From the human T2T-CHM13v2.0 reference genome, Homo sapiens, in assembly GCF_009914755.1 (NCBI RefSeq), contig NC_060931.1: a DNA stretch of 64,000 nucleotides. The stretch is one strand, 5' to 3'. The position numbers were made by a program, and so were the translations under genes. Positions 1 through 23,545 of this stretch are shown here, piece by piece. The notes beneath the pieces were generated by a model. It was not told where the DNA came from. It saw only the letters and a list, made by a program, of their open reading frames with translations, and made no database searches. Within the stretch, counting starts at the first letter, position 1. Each line of letters starts with the position of its first letter.

Positions 1-9
1 CCTTAATGA

Positions 10-289
<280 letters not shown>

Positions 290-991
290 CCTAAGAGAAT
301 TTATATTAGAGATACCCTAGAAAGGTTAAAAAAAAAAAGTGAAAAAACCTTTAAGCACATCTCAGGCCTTACACAATATCTGTTAATTCATTCTAGAGAG
401 AAATCCTACAAAAGCAAAGAATGTGGTAACGCTTTTAACTAGTCTTGAACCCTTATTATACATAAGAGATGTAATACTTAAGAGAAACCCTACAATAAGG
501 AATATGGCAATGTCTTTAAAAAGTCCTCAAACCTGAATAAATGTAAGATAATTGATATTGGAGAGAACCCCTGAAACTGTAGAAAAAAATGTGGCAAAGC
601 CTTTAACTGGTTTCCATCCTTATTAATTAAAAAAATTTTATACTGGAGAGAAACTCTACAGCATAAAAATGTGACAGAGCATTTAACCATACCTCAAACT
701 TTTCTAAAAAAGGGAAATCATACTGGTGAGAAACTAGAAATGTGTTAAATGTGGCAAGGCCTTTAAATGGTAGTCACACGTTATGGTAGGTAAGATAATG
801 TATACTGAAGAAAACTACAAATATGAAATGAAGAATGTGGCAAAACTTTTAATAAATTCTCACACCTTATGCCACAGGAAAGCATTTATACTAGAGAAAA
901 ATTGTAGAAATACAAAGAATGTGAAAAGCCATTACTATCAGCTCACATTTTACTCAATATCAGAAAGTTTATAGTTAATAATAGCATTATA

Positions 992-1286
992 GGCTGGGCG
1001 TGTTGGCTCACCCTTGAAATTCCAGCACTTTGGGAGGCCAAGGTCAGTGGATCATGAGATCAGGAGTTCAAGACCAGCCTGGCCAACATGGTGAAAGCCC
1101 ATCTCTACTAAAAATACAAAAATTAGCCAGGCGTGGTGGCGTGTGCCTGTAATCCCAGCTACTTGGGAGGCTGAGGCAGGCGAATTGCTTGAACCTGAGA
1201 GGTGGAGGTTGCAGTGAGCCAACACAGAGCTGCTACACACGCAGCCTGGGTGACAGAGCAAGACTCCATCTCAAAAAAACAAAAAA
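992..1286 (+). mobile_element. Alu (AluS-like)
   Basis: ggctgggcgtg...A tail; gcattata repeated on both sides. Confidence 0.93.
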
Positions 1287-1907
1287 GGCATTATAAATGT
1301 GATTACTGTAAAAACACCTTTTGGAAAATATAGGCCTTTAAAGTAAAGACTATTTATTCTGAAGACAAACATACAAACATAAAGAGGATTGTTATACCTT
1401 TACTGGCATTACAGATGTTATTGTATGCATTTTATGTTAAAGGAAAACCCTGAAGCAGATGCTCAAACTTTGTGGAACATCAGAGAATTTATATTTGAGA
1501 GAAAGCCTAAACATGTAATGAATGTGAAAAAACATTTGTTCAAAAACTACAGCTTAGAAGACACCAGTTTATACTAAATATTTTTGTAGATCCAAAATAT
1601 TCACAGTAGAAAGAATGAAGGCACTGAAACTTCAGACATTACACTAAATCAGAGTGTTGAATGTAAAAGAGATCCAAAGATAACAGTATATACATTTCAA
1701 AGAAGTAGTTTTTTTTGGAGATTTATAATTACATTCGAGCTATGCTTCATTTTCTGTAAAAAAAATTTAGATTTTCTGAAAAGCAAATAATATTGTAACT
1801 CAAGTCTCAGATTACTTAATGTTGATTCTTCCCATTGTTTGTGAAAGTATTTGATCAATTGTTGCATCAGAGATATAAGAGATTGTTTATCAATTGTACC
1901 TTTATGT

Positions 1908-1970
1908 AATAAAATGCAATAAATTTAACTTAATTTTTCATTAAATAAAGTTGTTTTTAATGTGTTAAAA
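1908..1970 (+). terminator. Candidate polyadenylation region of the upstream ZNF gene
   Basis: Three AATAAA hexamers (1908, 1918, 1944) followed by a GT/T-rich tract; the region is AT-rich so chance occurrence is possible. Confidence 0.4.
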
Positions 1971-2077
1971 CTATTGTGCTTTGAAAAATGTGTTAATTTG
2001 CCATCAACATTAATGTGTCTCATCTTACTTAAAGTTCTAAGTAAATGATGGTAACAATATACTATTTGTTAATGTAG

Positions 2078-2443
<366 letters not shown>

Positions 2444-2896
2444 TGAAGAATTTTGTTCTCATAGGTGAAATTTGTATTCTTTTTTACCTTATTTACATTT
2501 TTAAAAAATTTTTATGGGTAGTTTGCATACACAAAATGGCATATATGAGGTATTTTAACACAGGCATACATTATTTAATTATCACAGCAGGGTATATGAA
2601 GTATTCATTACCTCAAGCACGTATTTATGCTTTGTATTACAAACATTCCCATTATATAGTTTTAGTCATTTCAATATGTGCAATTGAATTATTAACCACA
2701 GGGTCAATTTATGATCATAAAAATTATATGAGTATAATTAATATCCATACATTTCTGAGTCTTGATTAAATATTTTTTAAAATTTGTTTTATATATTTTT
2801 TGTACGTGTGGCCTCTCTGCTGACAAACAAAAACAGGCTTTTAGTTTTTATTTACATAGAGTTACATATACAAATGTATTACTCTAAAGATGTACC

Positions 2897-3346
<450 letters not shown>

Positions 3347-3399
3347 TCAAAATAAATCTATATTCTGTGGCTTATATTGAATTCGTTACTGTAAAATCT

Positions 3400-5335
3400 T
3401 ATCCCACCCAAATCTTATCTCAAATTGTAATCCCCATGTGTCAAGGGAGGGACTTGGTGGGAGGTGATTGGAACATGGGGGTAATTTTCCCCCATGCTGT
3501 TCTCATGATAGTGAGTTCTGAAAGATCTAATGGTTTTATAAGTGGTGGTTTTTCCTGCTTTCCCTCCTGCTGCCTAGTGAAGAAGGTGCTTGCTTCTCCT
3601 TTGCCTTCCACCATAATTGTAGGTTTCCTGAGACCTCCCCAGCCATGCAGAATTGTGAGTAAATTAAACCTCCTTTCTGAATAAATTACCCATTCTCTGG
3701 TAGTGTCTTTATAGTAGTGTGAAAACAGACTAATACAGAAAATTAATACTGGGAGTTTGGGGCACTGCTATAAAGATAATTGAAAATGTGGAAGTGACTT
3801 TGGAAATGGGTAATAGGCAGAGGTTGAAACAGTTGAGAGAGCTCAGAAAAACACAGAAAGATGTGGGAACGTTTGGAACTTCCTGGAGACTTGTTGAATG
3901 CTTTTGACCAAAATGCTAATAGTGATATGGATGATAAAGTCCAGGCTGAGGTGGTCTCAGATAGAGATGAGAAACTTATGTTTAAAATGGAAGCAGAACA
4001 TAAAAGTTTGGGAAATTTGAAGCCTGACCATGAAGTAGAAAATAAAACCCAATTTTTTGAAAAGAAATTGAAGCCACTGCAGAAATTTGCAGCAGTAAAG
4101 AGGAACTGAATGTTAATACACAAAACAATGGGGAAAATGTCTTCAGATCATGTCAACGATCTGAGGCAGGTCCTTCCATCACAGGCCAGGAGCCCTAGGA
4201 GGCAACAATGGTTTCATGGTTGAGGCCCAGGGCCCCACTGCTCTATGAAGTCTTGGGACTAGGTGTCCTGCATCCCAGCTGCTCCAGATCCAGCTGTGGC
4301 TAAAAGGGGCCAAGGTACAGCTTGGGTTATTTCTTCAGAAAGTGCAATCCTCAAGCCTTGGTGGCTTCCATGTGGTGTTGGGCATCTGAGTGAACATAAG
4401 ACAAGAGTTGAGCTCTGGGAACCTCTGCCTAGATTTCAGAAGATGTATAAAAATGCCTGGATGTTCAGGCAGAAGTCTTCTACAGGGGCAGAGCCCTCAT
4501 GGAGAACCTGTAATAGGGCAATGCAGAAGGGAAATGTGGGATTGGAGCCCTCATGCAGAGTCCCCACTGAAGCTGCCAACTGGAGTTGTGAGAAGGCCAC
4601 TATACTCTAGACCCCAGAATGACAGATCCTCCATGAGCTTGTACTGTGCACCTGGAAAAGCCACAGGCACGCAATTCCAGTCCATAAAGGAGTTGCCTAA
4701 GGCCATGAGGGCCCACCCCTTGCATCAGCATGGCCCAGAAGTGGGACATGAAGTCAAATGACATCATCCCAGAGCTTTAAGATTTAATTACTGCCCCATT
4801 GGAATTCAAGCTTGCATGGGGCCTGTACCTCCTTGGTTCTGGCCAATTTCCTCCATTTGAAAGAGTTTATCTAATTCCTGTACCCCCATTGTATCTTGGA
4901 AGTTACTAACTTGCTTTTGATTTACAAGCTCATAGGTAGCAGGGACTTTTCTCAGATTGGACTTTGGAGTTAGACTTTTGGGTTAATGCTAAAATGAGAT
5001 AAGACTGTGGGAGATTGTTGGGAAAGCATGTTTGGTTTTGAAATATGAAAAGGGCATGAGATTTGGAAGGGGCCAGGGGCGGAATGATACTCATGGTGTT
5101 CTTGTGATACTGAGTGAGTTCTCATGAGATTGGATGGTTTTATAAGTGGTCATTTTTCCTGCTCTCCTTCACCTAGTGAAAAATATACCTGCTTCTCCTT
5201 CAACTTCTGCCATTATTGTAAGGTTCTTGAGGCCTCCCCAGTCATGCTTATCTGTGAGTCAAATTAACCTCTTTCCTTTTTAATTTACCTAGTCTTGGGT
5301 GTGTCTTTATAGCAGTGTGAGAATGGACTAATAGA
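3400..5335. mobile_element. ERVL-MaLR provirus (THE1/MSTA type): LTR ~3400-3736, internal 3737-5084, partly deleted LTR 5085-5335
   Basis: cccacccaaatc..ggtgggaggtgattgg and ...gactaataca LTR hallmarks; THE1/MST-int sequence; purine tract ggggccaggggcggaa abutting the second LTR. Confidence 0.88.
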
Positions 5336-5354
5336 CACAGTAACTTAATAACAA

Positions 5355-5480
5355 AGGTATTATTGTCCTCAATTTACAAAGAAAGAAAAAGAGCCAGAGA
5401 GAGAAATAATTTGCTCACAATAGCAGAGCCAGTATTAAAACACAAGCAACTTTGACTCCAGAGATAATGCTCTTGAATAC
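5355..5480 (-). mobile_element. MIR fragment
   Basis: tattattgtcctcaatttaca...gagagaaataatttgctcaca...tgactccaga resembles MIR core. Confidence 0.5.
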
Positions 5481-5754
5481 AACAATAAAAACCCTTTCAA
5501 ACAGAAAAGAAGTTACCTTTAACATCCATTCTTAAAAATTTAACAAAAATGAAAATGGATACATTTGTATTGTTATATATGTATATATGTGAATGTATAT
5601 TATAAATAAGAAATACTTCATATAAGCCAGAAAAAGATAAATACTTAATGAATAAAATTGAAAAGCAGATGAATTAATTATTATTTGCAGATGATATATG
5701 TGTTTACTTAGACAACAAAGGCAACTGAAAGGCTATTTTAGAAATCTATTCAGG

Positions 5755-6060
5755 TGGAGAGGCAGAATTCTCAGATGACCCTCAGGTTCCCACTTCAGTG
5801 CACACCTGCTGTGTATCATTTTCTCCTGAGTGTGAGAAAATGTGTGTGACTGTGGTGGGACATTATTCATGTAATTAGGTTACAAAGGTATTGGCTTTCT
5901 GTTTATCATAAGAGAGATTATCTTTATTTCACCAAACTTAATCAGACATGTTTTTAAGAAAAAGAGCACATCATAGAAAAACACCCCTGCTTCCCTGAAA
6001 TTAATCAAACTTCTAGGTAAGCCAGGTTGTAAGCTGCTTATGGTGGCCACATGGCAAGGG
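5755..6060. mobile_element. Old MaLR (MLT1-like) LTR fragment
   Basis: ggcagaattctcagatgacc...cctgagtgtgag...ggccacatggcaaggg motifs. Confidence 0.45.
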
Positions 6061-8479
6061 ATATATTTGTATATTGTCTCTATTTTTGCCTTCAACATGT
6101 TACTTTCAGAAGGAAGAATAGGAGGATCTCATGGCAGAGGAAAAAGAAGAGATCTTATTAATACAAGAAATAATCACTCCTCATCTGGGACAGCTTAAGA
6201 AAAACAGAGACCAGAACATGACCACATCAATGGGAAACAAAGGCAACTTGGTTGCAAGGGCTCACTGGCATTAGGAAGCAATGTTTACACAGCCGAAGTA
6301 AATGATCAGCCTCTGGGATACCAATAGTCTACCAACAGTCTACCAATAAGGCTGAATTCATTCTCATTCTGATTAAATTAGCATTTCTGCTCCATTCTGT
6401 TAACTCAGTTTTACATTCATGACAAAAATACCAGGCAGACCATTGAGTGTCCTCCTAGAATTGAACTTATCCTGAAAAAGCATACCCAATTATTTAATTT
6501 CAACATTGGAAAATGTTGAAAAAAAATGAATTTATTAATAATAATAATCTGACTTTCTAATTTTAGAGAATTCTACTATTCTGTAATACAATATTGAACT
6601 TTGAACACCTTAACATGAATATTTCTTGAATGCATAAATTGTTATGTAGGTAGTTTCTCTTTTAGATTAATGCAATAAGACTAAAAATTAGAGAAAACAT
6701 TTGAAATGAAATAAAAGTCATCAGAACCACATCTTTCAATGGCTTGGCACAATTACCATGCTCTTTGAAATGGTCAAGAAGCAAAGGCAAGGTTTTGTCT
6801 TTGCCCAATTATTAAGTCCTTGACCTTTTGAAATCTAATATCCTGGCTAAAAAAAGTAGGAGGGACTATTTTTAAGGTGGCTGCCTAGAGTGTGCAATTC
6901 AATATGAGAAGAATTTTGATAATTAGGCAAGAAAATGCATACCACATACACACATTACTCTTCTCTGATTTGCTTTAACATTGAAAGATTGGAAATTGCA
7001 AATCTAGTCTCTCAATTTAGGGTAAATTAACAAAAGATTCATGTTTCAGCTGAGCAAGTTATTGTATAAAAGTTATAGGTAACAGATGTCATTGGCTGCA
7101 AAAAACAAAATAGTATGACTACATTCAGTAACTGTCTAGCCATGCAAATGATAGACCAATTAGATTAAGATCCTAAGAGGTGCTTGCAGAAAGCATTTAC
7201 GTGCAATATTGTGACCCTCCCCCAAACACCTTTTTCTGTCTCCTTACAGAGATACCAATTTTTCCTGAATATCTCAGGGTGAATACTGGGAACTGAGATG
7301 CTCAGTGTTCGGAGTTGATTACTGGAAACATAGGTAACACATTTCTTCTATATTATAAAGAAATTTTATGAATCTTACTCTGCCTCAGAAAGGCTTTTAG
7401 TAAAAGATTGCTCATGTATAACACTCTATTTGGATTCATGGACATTTTCAATATTCCATTTAAGTCAGAGACACTGAAATGTCAACCAAATTTCATAAAA
7501 CATATTTGAATGAGATGATGTTAGCTAAGAATTTTATTTCATCAGTAAATTTAGAGGTACATAAGAAATGTGTGTACTTTGGGCCAAATCACAGTGTTTG
7601 CCACATGGGAACAATTCAGACAAGTGCTCTTCATCATTACTCTTAAAGTAGCACTAGCAAAACACCCATTTCCTGGCATTAGCTGGCTTGTTTTTCACTG
7701 ATGTGAAGTGCAGAAGGCATTGAAACAGTGAAGAAGGATGATATACATGGAATAATTATATGAAGTACAATTGTGAATAAAAAGTAGCATTTGATATTGT
7801 ACAACTATAGATAAGATGACTAGTATGAGATAAAAATATTTTTAATTCTATTGACAGAATAACTTCATTCACAATATTACTATTTCAAATAATTTTTTTG
7901 CTTTTTATCCAATATTACCTGAGCTCCATAGGAATCAACAAAATGCATCTTTATTTTACCACAAGAATTTTATTCATGCATATGCTTAATTTGCTGAAAA
8001 TATGTGAGCCTCCCATGAAAGATTTATACTTTTATTGTGTCATCTTCTGCTGAGAAGTGGCTGTCCTGCCAGAAAACTGCTATTCTCAATTGTCCTCACA
8101 CTGACTCTGCTCAACATAGTGACTGGAAGTGATGTGTGCATAAAAAGCAAATGTGTCTTCTTTGCATCTTTTTTCATCTATTGGCTGAAGAAAGAGAGAG
8201 TGCAGATAGGAAATTTTAAAAAAATCTAATCTCCGAATAATCACAAAGAAGTTCTCTTAACCAGAAATAAGCCAAAGGGGATGGTGATGTAAGCAGAAAA
8301 TGTATTATTTTGCTAAGCCTTTGAAATTTTAGGGTTTATTAGTATGACAACCTGCATTGCTTTAACAAACCTATTAGTCTTTCAGTTTTAATTCTTCTGA
8401 ATATGATTCAATGTCCTGATGAATCTGAACTGAGAGGAGAATAACTTATTTGTTAAAATTAAAAATGTGAGGAAAAATG

Positions 8480-15745
<7,266 letters not shown>

Positions 15746-15772
15746 AAGAAAACCCAGAACTTCACCCACCTC

Positions 15773-16059
<287 letters not shown>

Positions 16060-16160
16060 TTAGTAGGAGGAAAAAAGTTTTATTTTCATCAATATTTGCA
16101 TTGTATTTTAATGCACAGCAGGAACTTGTAAAAGAAAACCCAGAAAAATAACTAGGATAA

Positions 16161-16565
<405 letters not shown>

Positions 16566-16579
16566 TTATCAAGGGTAAG

Positions 16580-17659
16580 TATCAGGGGAACCAGCCCCCC
16601 AATATTTTAGTGTAGGTTCTTCTCTATTTTCCCTAAGTGTCAGCTGGTCTGAGAAATAAAGAGAAAGAGTATAAAAGAGAGAAATTTTACAGCTGGGCCT
16701 CCAGGGGTGATATCACATGTCAGCAGGTTCCGTGATGCCCCCTGAACCACAAAACCAGCAAGTTTTTATTAGGGATTTCAAAAGGGGAGGGGGGTATGAA
16801 CAGGGAGTAAATCACAAAGATCACATTCTTCAAGGGGCAATAAAAGATTACAAGGGCAGAAGGGCAGAGTGAGATCACAAGGCCAGGGTGAAATTAGAAT
16901 TACTGATGAGGTTCCATGTCCCACTGGGCATGCATTGTCTTGATAAACATCTTAACAGGAAGCAGAGTTCGAGACCAGACAACCAGTCTGACTAGAATTT
17001 GCCAGGCTAGAATTTCCTAATCCTAGCAAGCCTGAGGGCACTGCAGGAGACCCGGGCATATTTCATCCCTTATCTTCAACCGCATAAGACAGACACTCCC
17101 AGAGCGGCCATTTTAGAGACCTCCCCCTGGGAATGCATTCCTTTCCCAGGGCTATTCCTTGCTGGGAAAAGAATTCAGCAATATTTCTCCTATTCACTTT
17201 CTGCAAGAAGAGAAATATGACTCTGTTCTGCCTGGCCCCGCAGGCAGTCAGACCTTATGGTTATCTCCCTTGTTCCTTGAAAATTGCTGTTATCCTGTTA
17301 TATTTCAAGGTGCCCAGATTTCATATTGTTCAAACACACATGTTTTACAAACAATCTGTACAGATAATGCAATCATTACAGCGTCCTGAGGCGACATACA
17401 TCCTCAGCTTACGAAGATGACAGGATTAAGAGATTAAAGACGGGCATAGGAAATTATAAGTGTATTGATTGGGGAAGTGATAAATGTCCATGAAATCTTC
17501 ACAATTTACGTTCAGAGATTGCAGTAATGACAGGCATAAGAAATTATAAAAGTATTAATTAGGGGAACTAATAAATATCCATGAAATCTTCACAATTTAT
17601 GTTCTTCTGCCACGGCTTCAGCAGGTCCCTCCATTCGGGGTCCCTGACTTCCCACAACA
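16580..17659 (-). mobile_element. MER11 solo LTR (HERV-K11/HML-8), ~1080 bp
   Basis: Reverse complement begins tgttgtgggaagtcagggaccccgaatggagggacc (MER11 5' end); exact 6-bp TSD ggtaag at 16574-16579 and 17660-17665. Confidence 0.9.
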
Positions 17660-17879
17660 GGTAAGAAATAGAAAAGGGAAGGCCCCCCTCCAGCTAGTTT
17701 TCTCCCTCACCATGAGGCTATTTTTTTGCCAGTTTTGTATCAACAAGTAGAAAATGGAGTCAGAATGAGATTTGTACTTTTGGGGACTCTGGCAGTGAGA
17801 AACAAAGTAGAATATTAGATAGGCTTAGATATCCTAGAGGAAGATTTCTAGGTTACAATTTGAAATGCACCAAAAACTT

Positions 17880-17985
17880 GTGTGGTGTTAATGAAACGAC
17901 TCAACCACTCTGGGTGTCAGTTTCCTCACCTGTATAATGGGGATCTATGCCTACTTCATCAAGTTGTTGCCAGAGTTAAATTCAC
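17880..17985 (+). mobile_element. MIR fragment
   Basis: tctgggtgtcagtttcctcacctgtataatgggga MIR core. Confidence 0.65.
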
Positions 17986-17987
17986 TA

Positions 17988-18074
17988 TCTTTTTTTTTCT
18001 TCTTTCAGACAGAGTCTCGCTCTGTCGCCCAGGCTGGAGTGAAGTGGCACAGGCATGGGCCATCATGCCCAGCC
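17988..18074 (-). mobile_element. Internally deleted mini-Alu with both termini
   Basis: T tail + Alu 3' end fused to Alu 5' end; TSD taaattcacta. Confidence 0.85.
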
Positions 18075-18143
18075 TAAATTCACTAATATTTAAAAGTGGC
18101 TGTTACTGCAAGTGTCCACATCATTAATAAAATAGTATCAGAT

Positions 18144-18440
<297 letters not shown>

Positions 18441-19119
18441 GTTATCAGACTTCAAAATACACAACAGAAATAATAATGAGACCAAAGACAAGATTCCCTG
18501 CTTCCTAAACAGTCCAGCAATACCCAGATGAGATGACTGACAAGTAAGTTGAATTCTTCACAGCTCCACTGGAGAGAATGAGCATAGGGGCTCCAGCAAG
18601 ATAAGCACATGGCCAGTGTCCAGTGACTAGTCTGGTGAGGGTAGAATCCCTAAAGACCCTGTGAAATACAGTTACACAACAGCCTAACAGGAAAGAAGTG
18701 GAACAAACCAGGCAAGCCAGCAGATACTACCAGGAGTGGGTGAGCAGAGGAGAGTCAGAGCCACAAAATCTAACCAGAAGACACCAAATTGCAAGGAGCT
18801 TCTGCTCTATGCATAGCAGCTGTGGCTGCAACAGGACCAATCTTCTCAGATAGCTGCCGTTAGACAGCACACACCAAATATCAGTGCTTCTAAACACAGG
18901 TCCAAAGACTCTCCTCTCCATTAATCCTCATTTTAAAATGATGGATAGGCTCACATTACAACATTCCCTTTTGACACTTGTGGGCAAGAGTAATCAGACA
19001 CCATTACCTAAAGAGGGAACAGGGACTAGGGCGAGAATACTGAGGGACTGGGGAGGGATGCATGCACTTTACCACACAGACTGTCCCTAGAGGCCCTACT
19101 GTTAAAAAGAGCAGAGACT

Positions 19120-19420
19120 GCCAGAGGCGGTGGCTCACGCCTGTAATCCCAGCACTTTGGGAGGCTGAGGCGGGTGGATCATCTGAGGTCAGGAGTTTGA
19201 GATCAGCCTGGCCAACATGGTGAAACCCTGTCTCAACTAAATATATAAAAATTAGCCAGGTGTGTTGGTGGGCACCTATAATCCCAGCTACTCAGGAGGC
19301 TAAGGCAGGAGAATCACGTGAACCCAGGAGACAGAGGTTGCAGAAAGCCGAGACTGCACCACTGCATTCCAGCCTGGACGACAAAGCAAGACTCCATCTC
19401 AAAAAACAAACAAACAAAAA
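19120..19420 (+). mobile_element. Alu (AluS-like)
   Basis: Alu consensus plus (AAAC)n tail. Confidence 0.92.
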
Positions 19421-19781
19421 GGGCAAAGCCCTAGTATTCTGCTGTTGTCTCCCTATACTTCCTCATCTTGCCACCTGCATAGATGACACATGGTTTCTCT
19501 TCCTTTCTTTACAAAGGCACGATGAACCCAGGTGTAATTAATCCTGAAGTAGTAAATTCTTTATAAGCTTCACAAGTACAGTAATAGAGTTCAATGGTCA
19601 CAATCATGTTTTCCCTTTTTTGACAGTGTACCACATTCAAAAATCACAAATGAGAAACTATTGGAAGTGTGACATGAATGAACTATTACTTTCATGTAGA
19701 TTAACAGCCAGATTTTTACAGATTAGATATAAAAACAAGAAAGCTGGTACCAACTTTGTGAAAGTAACTTTCTTCCTTCCT

Positions 19782-20062
19782 TTTTTTTTTTTTTCCTTCT
19801 GTTGCCCAGGCTGGAGTGCAGTGGTGCAATCTCTGCTCACTGCAACCTCTGCCTCCAGGTTCAAGCAACTCTCCTGCCTCAGCCTCCTACGTAGCTGAGA
19901 TTATGGGCACATGCCACCATGCCCAGCTCATTTTTGTATTTATAGTAGAGACAGGATTTCACCATGTTGGCCAAGCTGGTCTCGAACTCCCGGCCTCAGG
20001 TGATCCACCCACCTTGGCCTCCCGAAGTGCTGGGATTACAGGCCTGAGCCACTGCCCTGGCT
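19782..20062 (-). mobile_element. Alu (AluS-like)
   Basis: Reverse Alu consensus. Confidence 0.92.
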
Positions 20063-20799
20063 GAAAGTATCTGTTTCTGAGGACATAGGATTTTAGGGAC
20101 ATCAATTATTAAGAGGCTACATGGAAGCAGAAGTGCTCCTGGATGTTTCCACTATCTAGACAAAAAATTTCAACACATCAGTCCCAGCAAGTTTAGTTAC
20201 ATCCCTGACTGCTGTAGGTGATGAGCATTCCATCCAAAGCAGAGATGTTAAACTTCATAGGTTTCAAATGACTTCCAAGTGATCCACACCTTGAAAGTTT
20301 CTCCCACAAAGCTGGAGCGCCATCTGTTCTGGAGAGAGCTGGTCACCATCCACGTCTTTGAGACACTGGCCAGTCAGGTCTAAGGTGAGATGAGGCCCAT
20401 GGTTACACGTGTAAAATATCAAAACAATCATCATGTTTAGGTTGATTTTTTGGAGGCCTAGATCCGTAAATGGGTAGGTGAAAATGGCCCACCAGACACA
20501 TGCCTGGAAATATTGGGGCTTTCTCCTCTGCTTTTAGCAGATCCCAGTGTGCCAATAATTACTGTCCCTCATGTCTCAACTTTCACTTCCACGAAAAAGG
20601 GGTCAGTGAGGTCGACATTTTCACCAAACCACAGCCCATGTTACCCACTGCAAAGCTGAAGTTGTATACGGGCGGCCCAGGCAGCAAATTTCTCCCAAAT
20701 GCTGCTGAACTGGAGCTCTGCCTGGAGTAAGCAGAGGCCAGTGGCACAATGTACAATGTCTCAGACAGACATCAGGCCAGTTTCCGTAGTACTTTAGGA

Positions 20800-21920
<1,121 letters not shown>

Positions 21921-23245
21921 TTCACAAATCTGCAAGGGGCAAGGAGCCTCTCACAGCCTGCTCATTGTTACGTAGTTAGGTTTACCCTCCCGCAGCTCAG
22001 CTCAGCGCACATCTTTTCTTTCCTTATCCCGTCCTTTCCCTCATCCCTGCCTACCCCGCTTCTGACATGCATAGTGCAGCTTCTCCGTAAAGGTGGAGCT
22101 AATGACCCGTGGGCCTAGCAGTTGTTAGGCCTTTTGGGAGCTCACGATGGGAGCTCCCTGGTAAGTGAAACCGTCAATTCACTGCCTAAAATGACAATAC
22201 CCCATCTCTGGTATCTTTGCACTTGCCTCTTCAAAGCCACCTTTTCCTTTTTCTGTGTATGGACTGTCACAAATCCTCTGCACCCCAAGAACACCCCATT
22301 GGATTTCCGGGCTGGCTGCTTGGCCTACACACCTGGGTCAGGCCTCTCGCAGGGATGCTCCTGCCACTGTAATAAAGAGGAGAAAACGTCACAGGGGAAA
22401 GGCCTGACTCCTTCGTACAGTCAGGAAACTCAGCCTCACAGAGAAGGGACCCCTCTCTTATTTTCGGAGTCCAAAATAAGCCATTTTGGGAGCCACATCC
22501 ACCACTTTTGTGACTCCCACACAGGTTGGTTCCCAGGAATCAGGTGTCTTAGTGTTAATACGGGCCAATAGGACAAAACAGGACCCTTGGTCCTTCACAA
22601 AACATTAGGAATATTTGTGTACTGAGGTAATGTACAATGTCTTTTTGCCCTGAATAGGGCTCCCTTAGAAACTCTTTTAATAATCATTTTTAAATATCAC
22701 TCTGGAACCACTTTTAGTAATTTGCTGAAGGAACATCACAGTAATATCTTAATTCTTAAATATCTTAATTCATCCCATGTTTTTCTTTTAGTTTTTCAAA
22801 TTAACTCTAAGTAATTCATACTGTACATTTCCGAAATTGAAGTACACACAGCTTTAATTCTGTGCAGGGAGGATGCAGCAGGAGAGAATATCCTGGGCAC
22901 ATCTTTCTGGAGAATCATTTTTACTATAAGATTTGTAAGAAACAAATTTATTTCCAAAGTAAGAAATTAAAACTCTAAAACAAGTCTAGAAAGTCATCTG
23001 CCTTTAATAACCCTTAGTCATCTATGCCTGATATGTGAGACTTTCTCCAAGATAAAAACTCTCAAGAATAACCTATTTTCCATCATTATAAATAGTAAAA
23101 ATTAGAAATCATAGAAAGTCAATTGAAAGCCCTGTCCTGCCAGTTTCTTAAATCACAATATGGCCTATGGCCTTGGTATGGTTTTACTTGGATTTTTTTT
23201 CTGGGATTTGTTGACTTTGCTTGGATATAAAAATTGGGGGTTTTG

Positions 23246-23545
23246 GCCTGTAATCCCAGCACTTTGGGAGGCCGAGGCAGGCGAATCACGAGGTCAGGAG
23301 ATTGAGACCATCCTGGCTAACATGGTGAAACCTCATCTCTACTAAAAATACAAAAAATTAGTCGTGTGTGGTGAGGGGCACCTGTAGTCCCAGCTACTCA
23401 GGAGACTAGGCAGGAGAATGGTGTCAACCCGGAAGGCAGAGCTTGCAGTGAGCTGAGATCGCACCACTGCACTTCAGCCTGGGCAACAGAGTGAGACTCC
23501 ATCTCAAAAAAAAACAAAAAAAAAAAACAACAAAAAAAACAAAAC
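23246..23545 (+). mobile_element. Alu (AluY/Sc-like, 5' clipped)
   Basis: Alu consensus; TSD aaa(a/c)ttgggggttttg. Confidence 0.92.

Noticed and set aside
3861-4761. ORFs within the MaLR internal region (also 36209-36802)
   Set aside because: They are fragmented remnants of THE1/MST internal sequence with stops and frameshifts.
7230-7340. Exon-like segment (ttacag|...|gtaac) downstream of the first ZNF gene
   Set aside because: No recognisable homology and no partner exons; indistinguishable from chance splice motifs.
17437-17600. ~90-bp tandem duplication
   Set aside because: It lies within MER11, whose LTRs are known to contain internal repeats, so it is probably not locus-specific.
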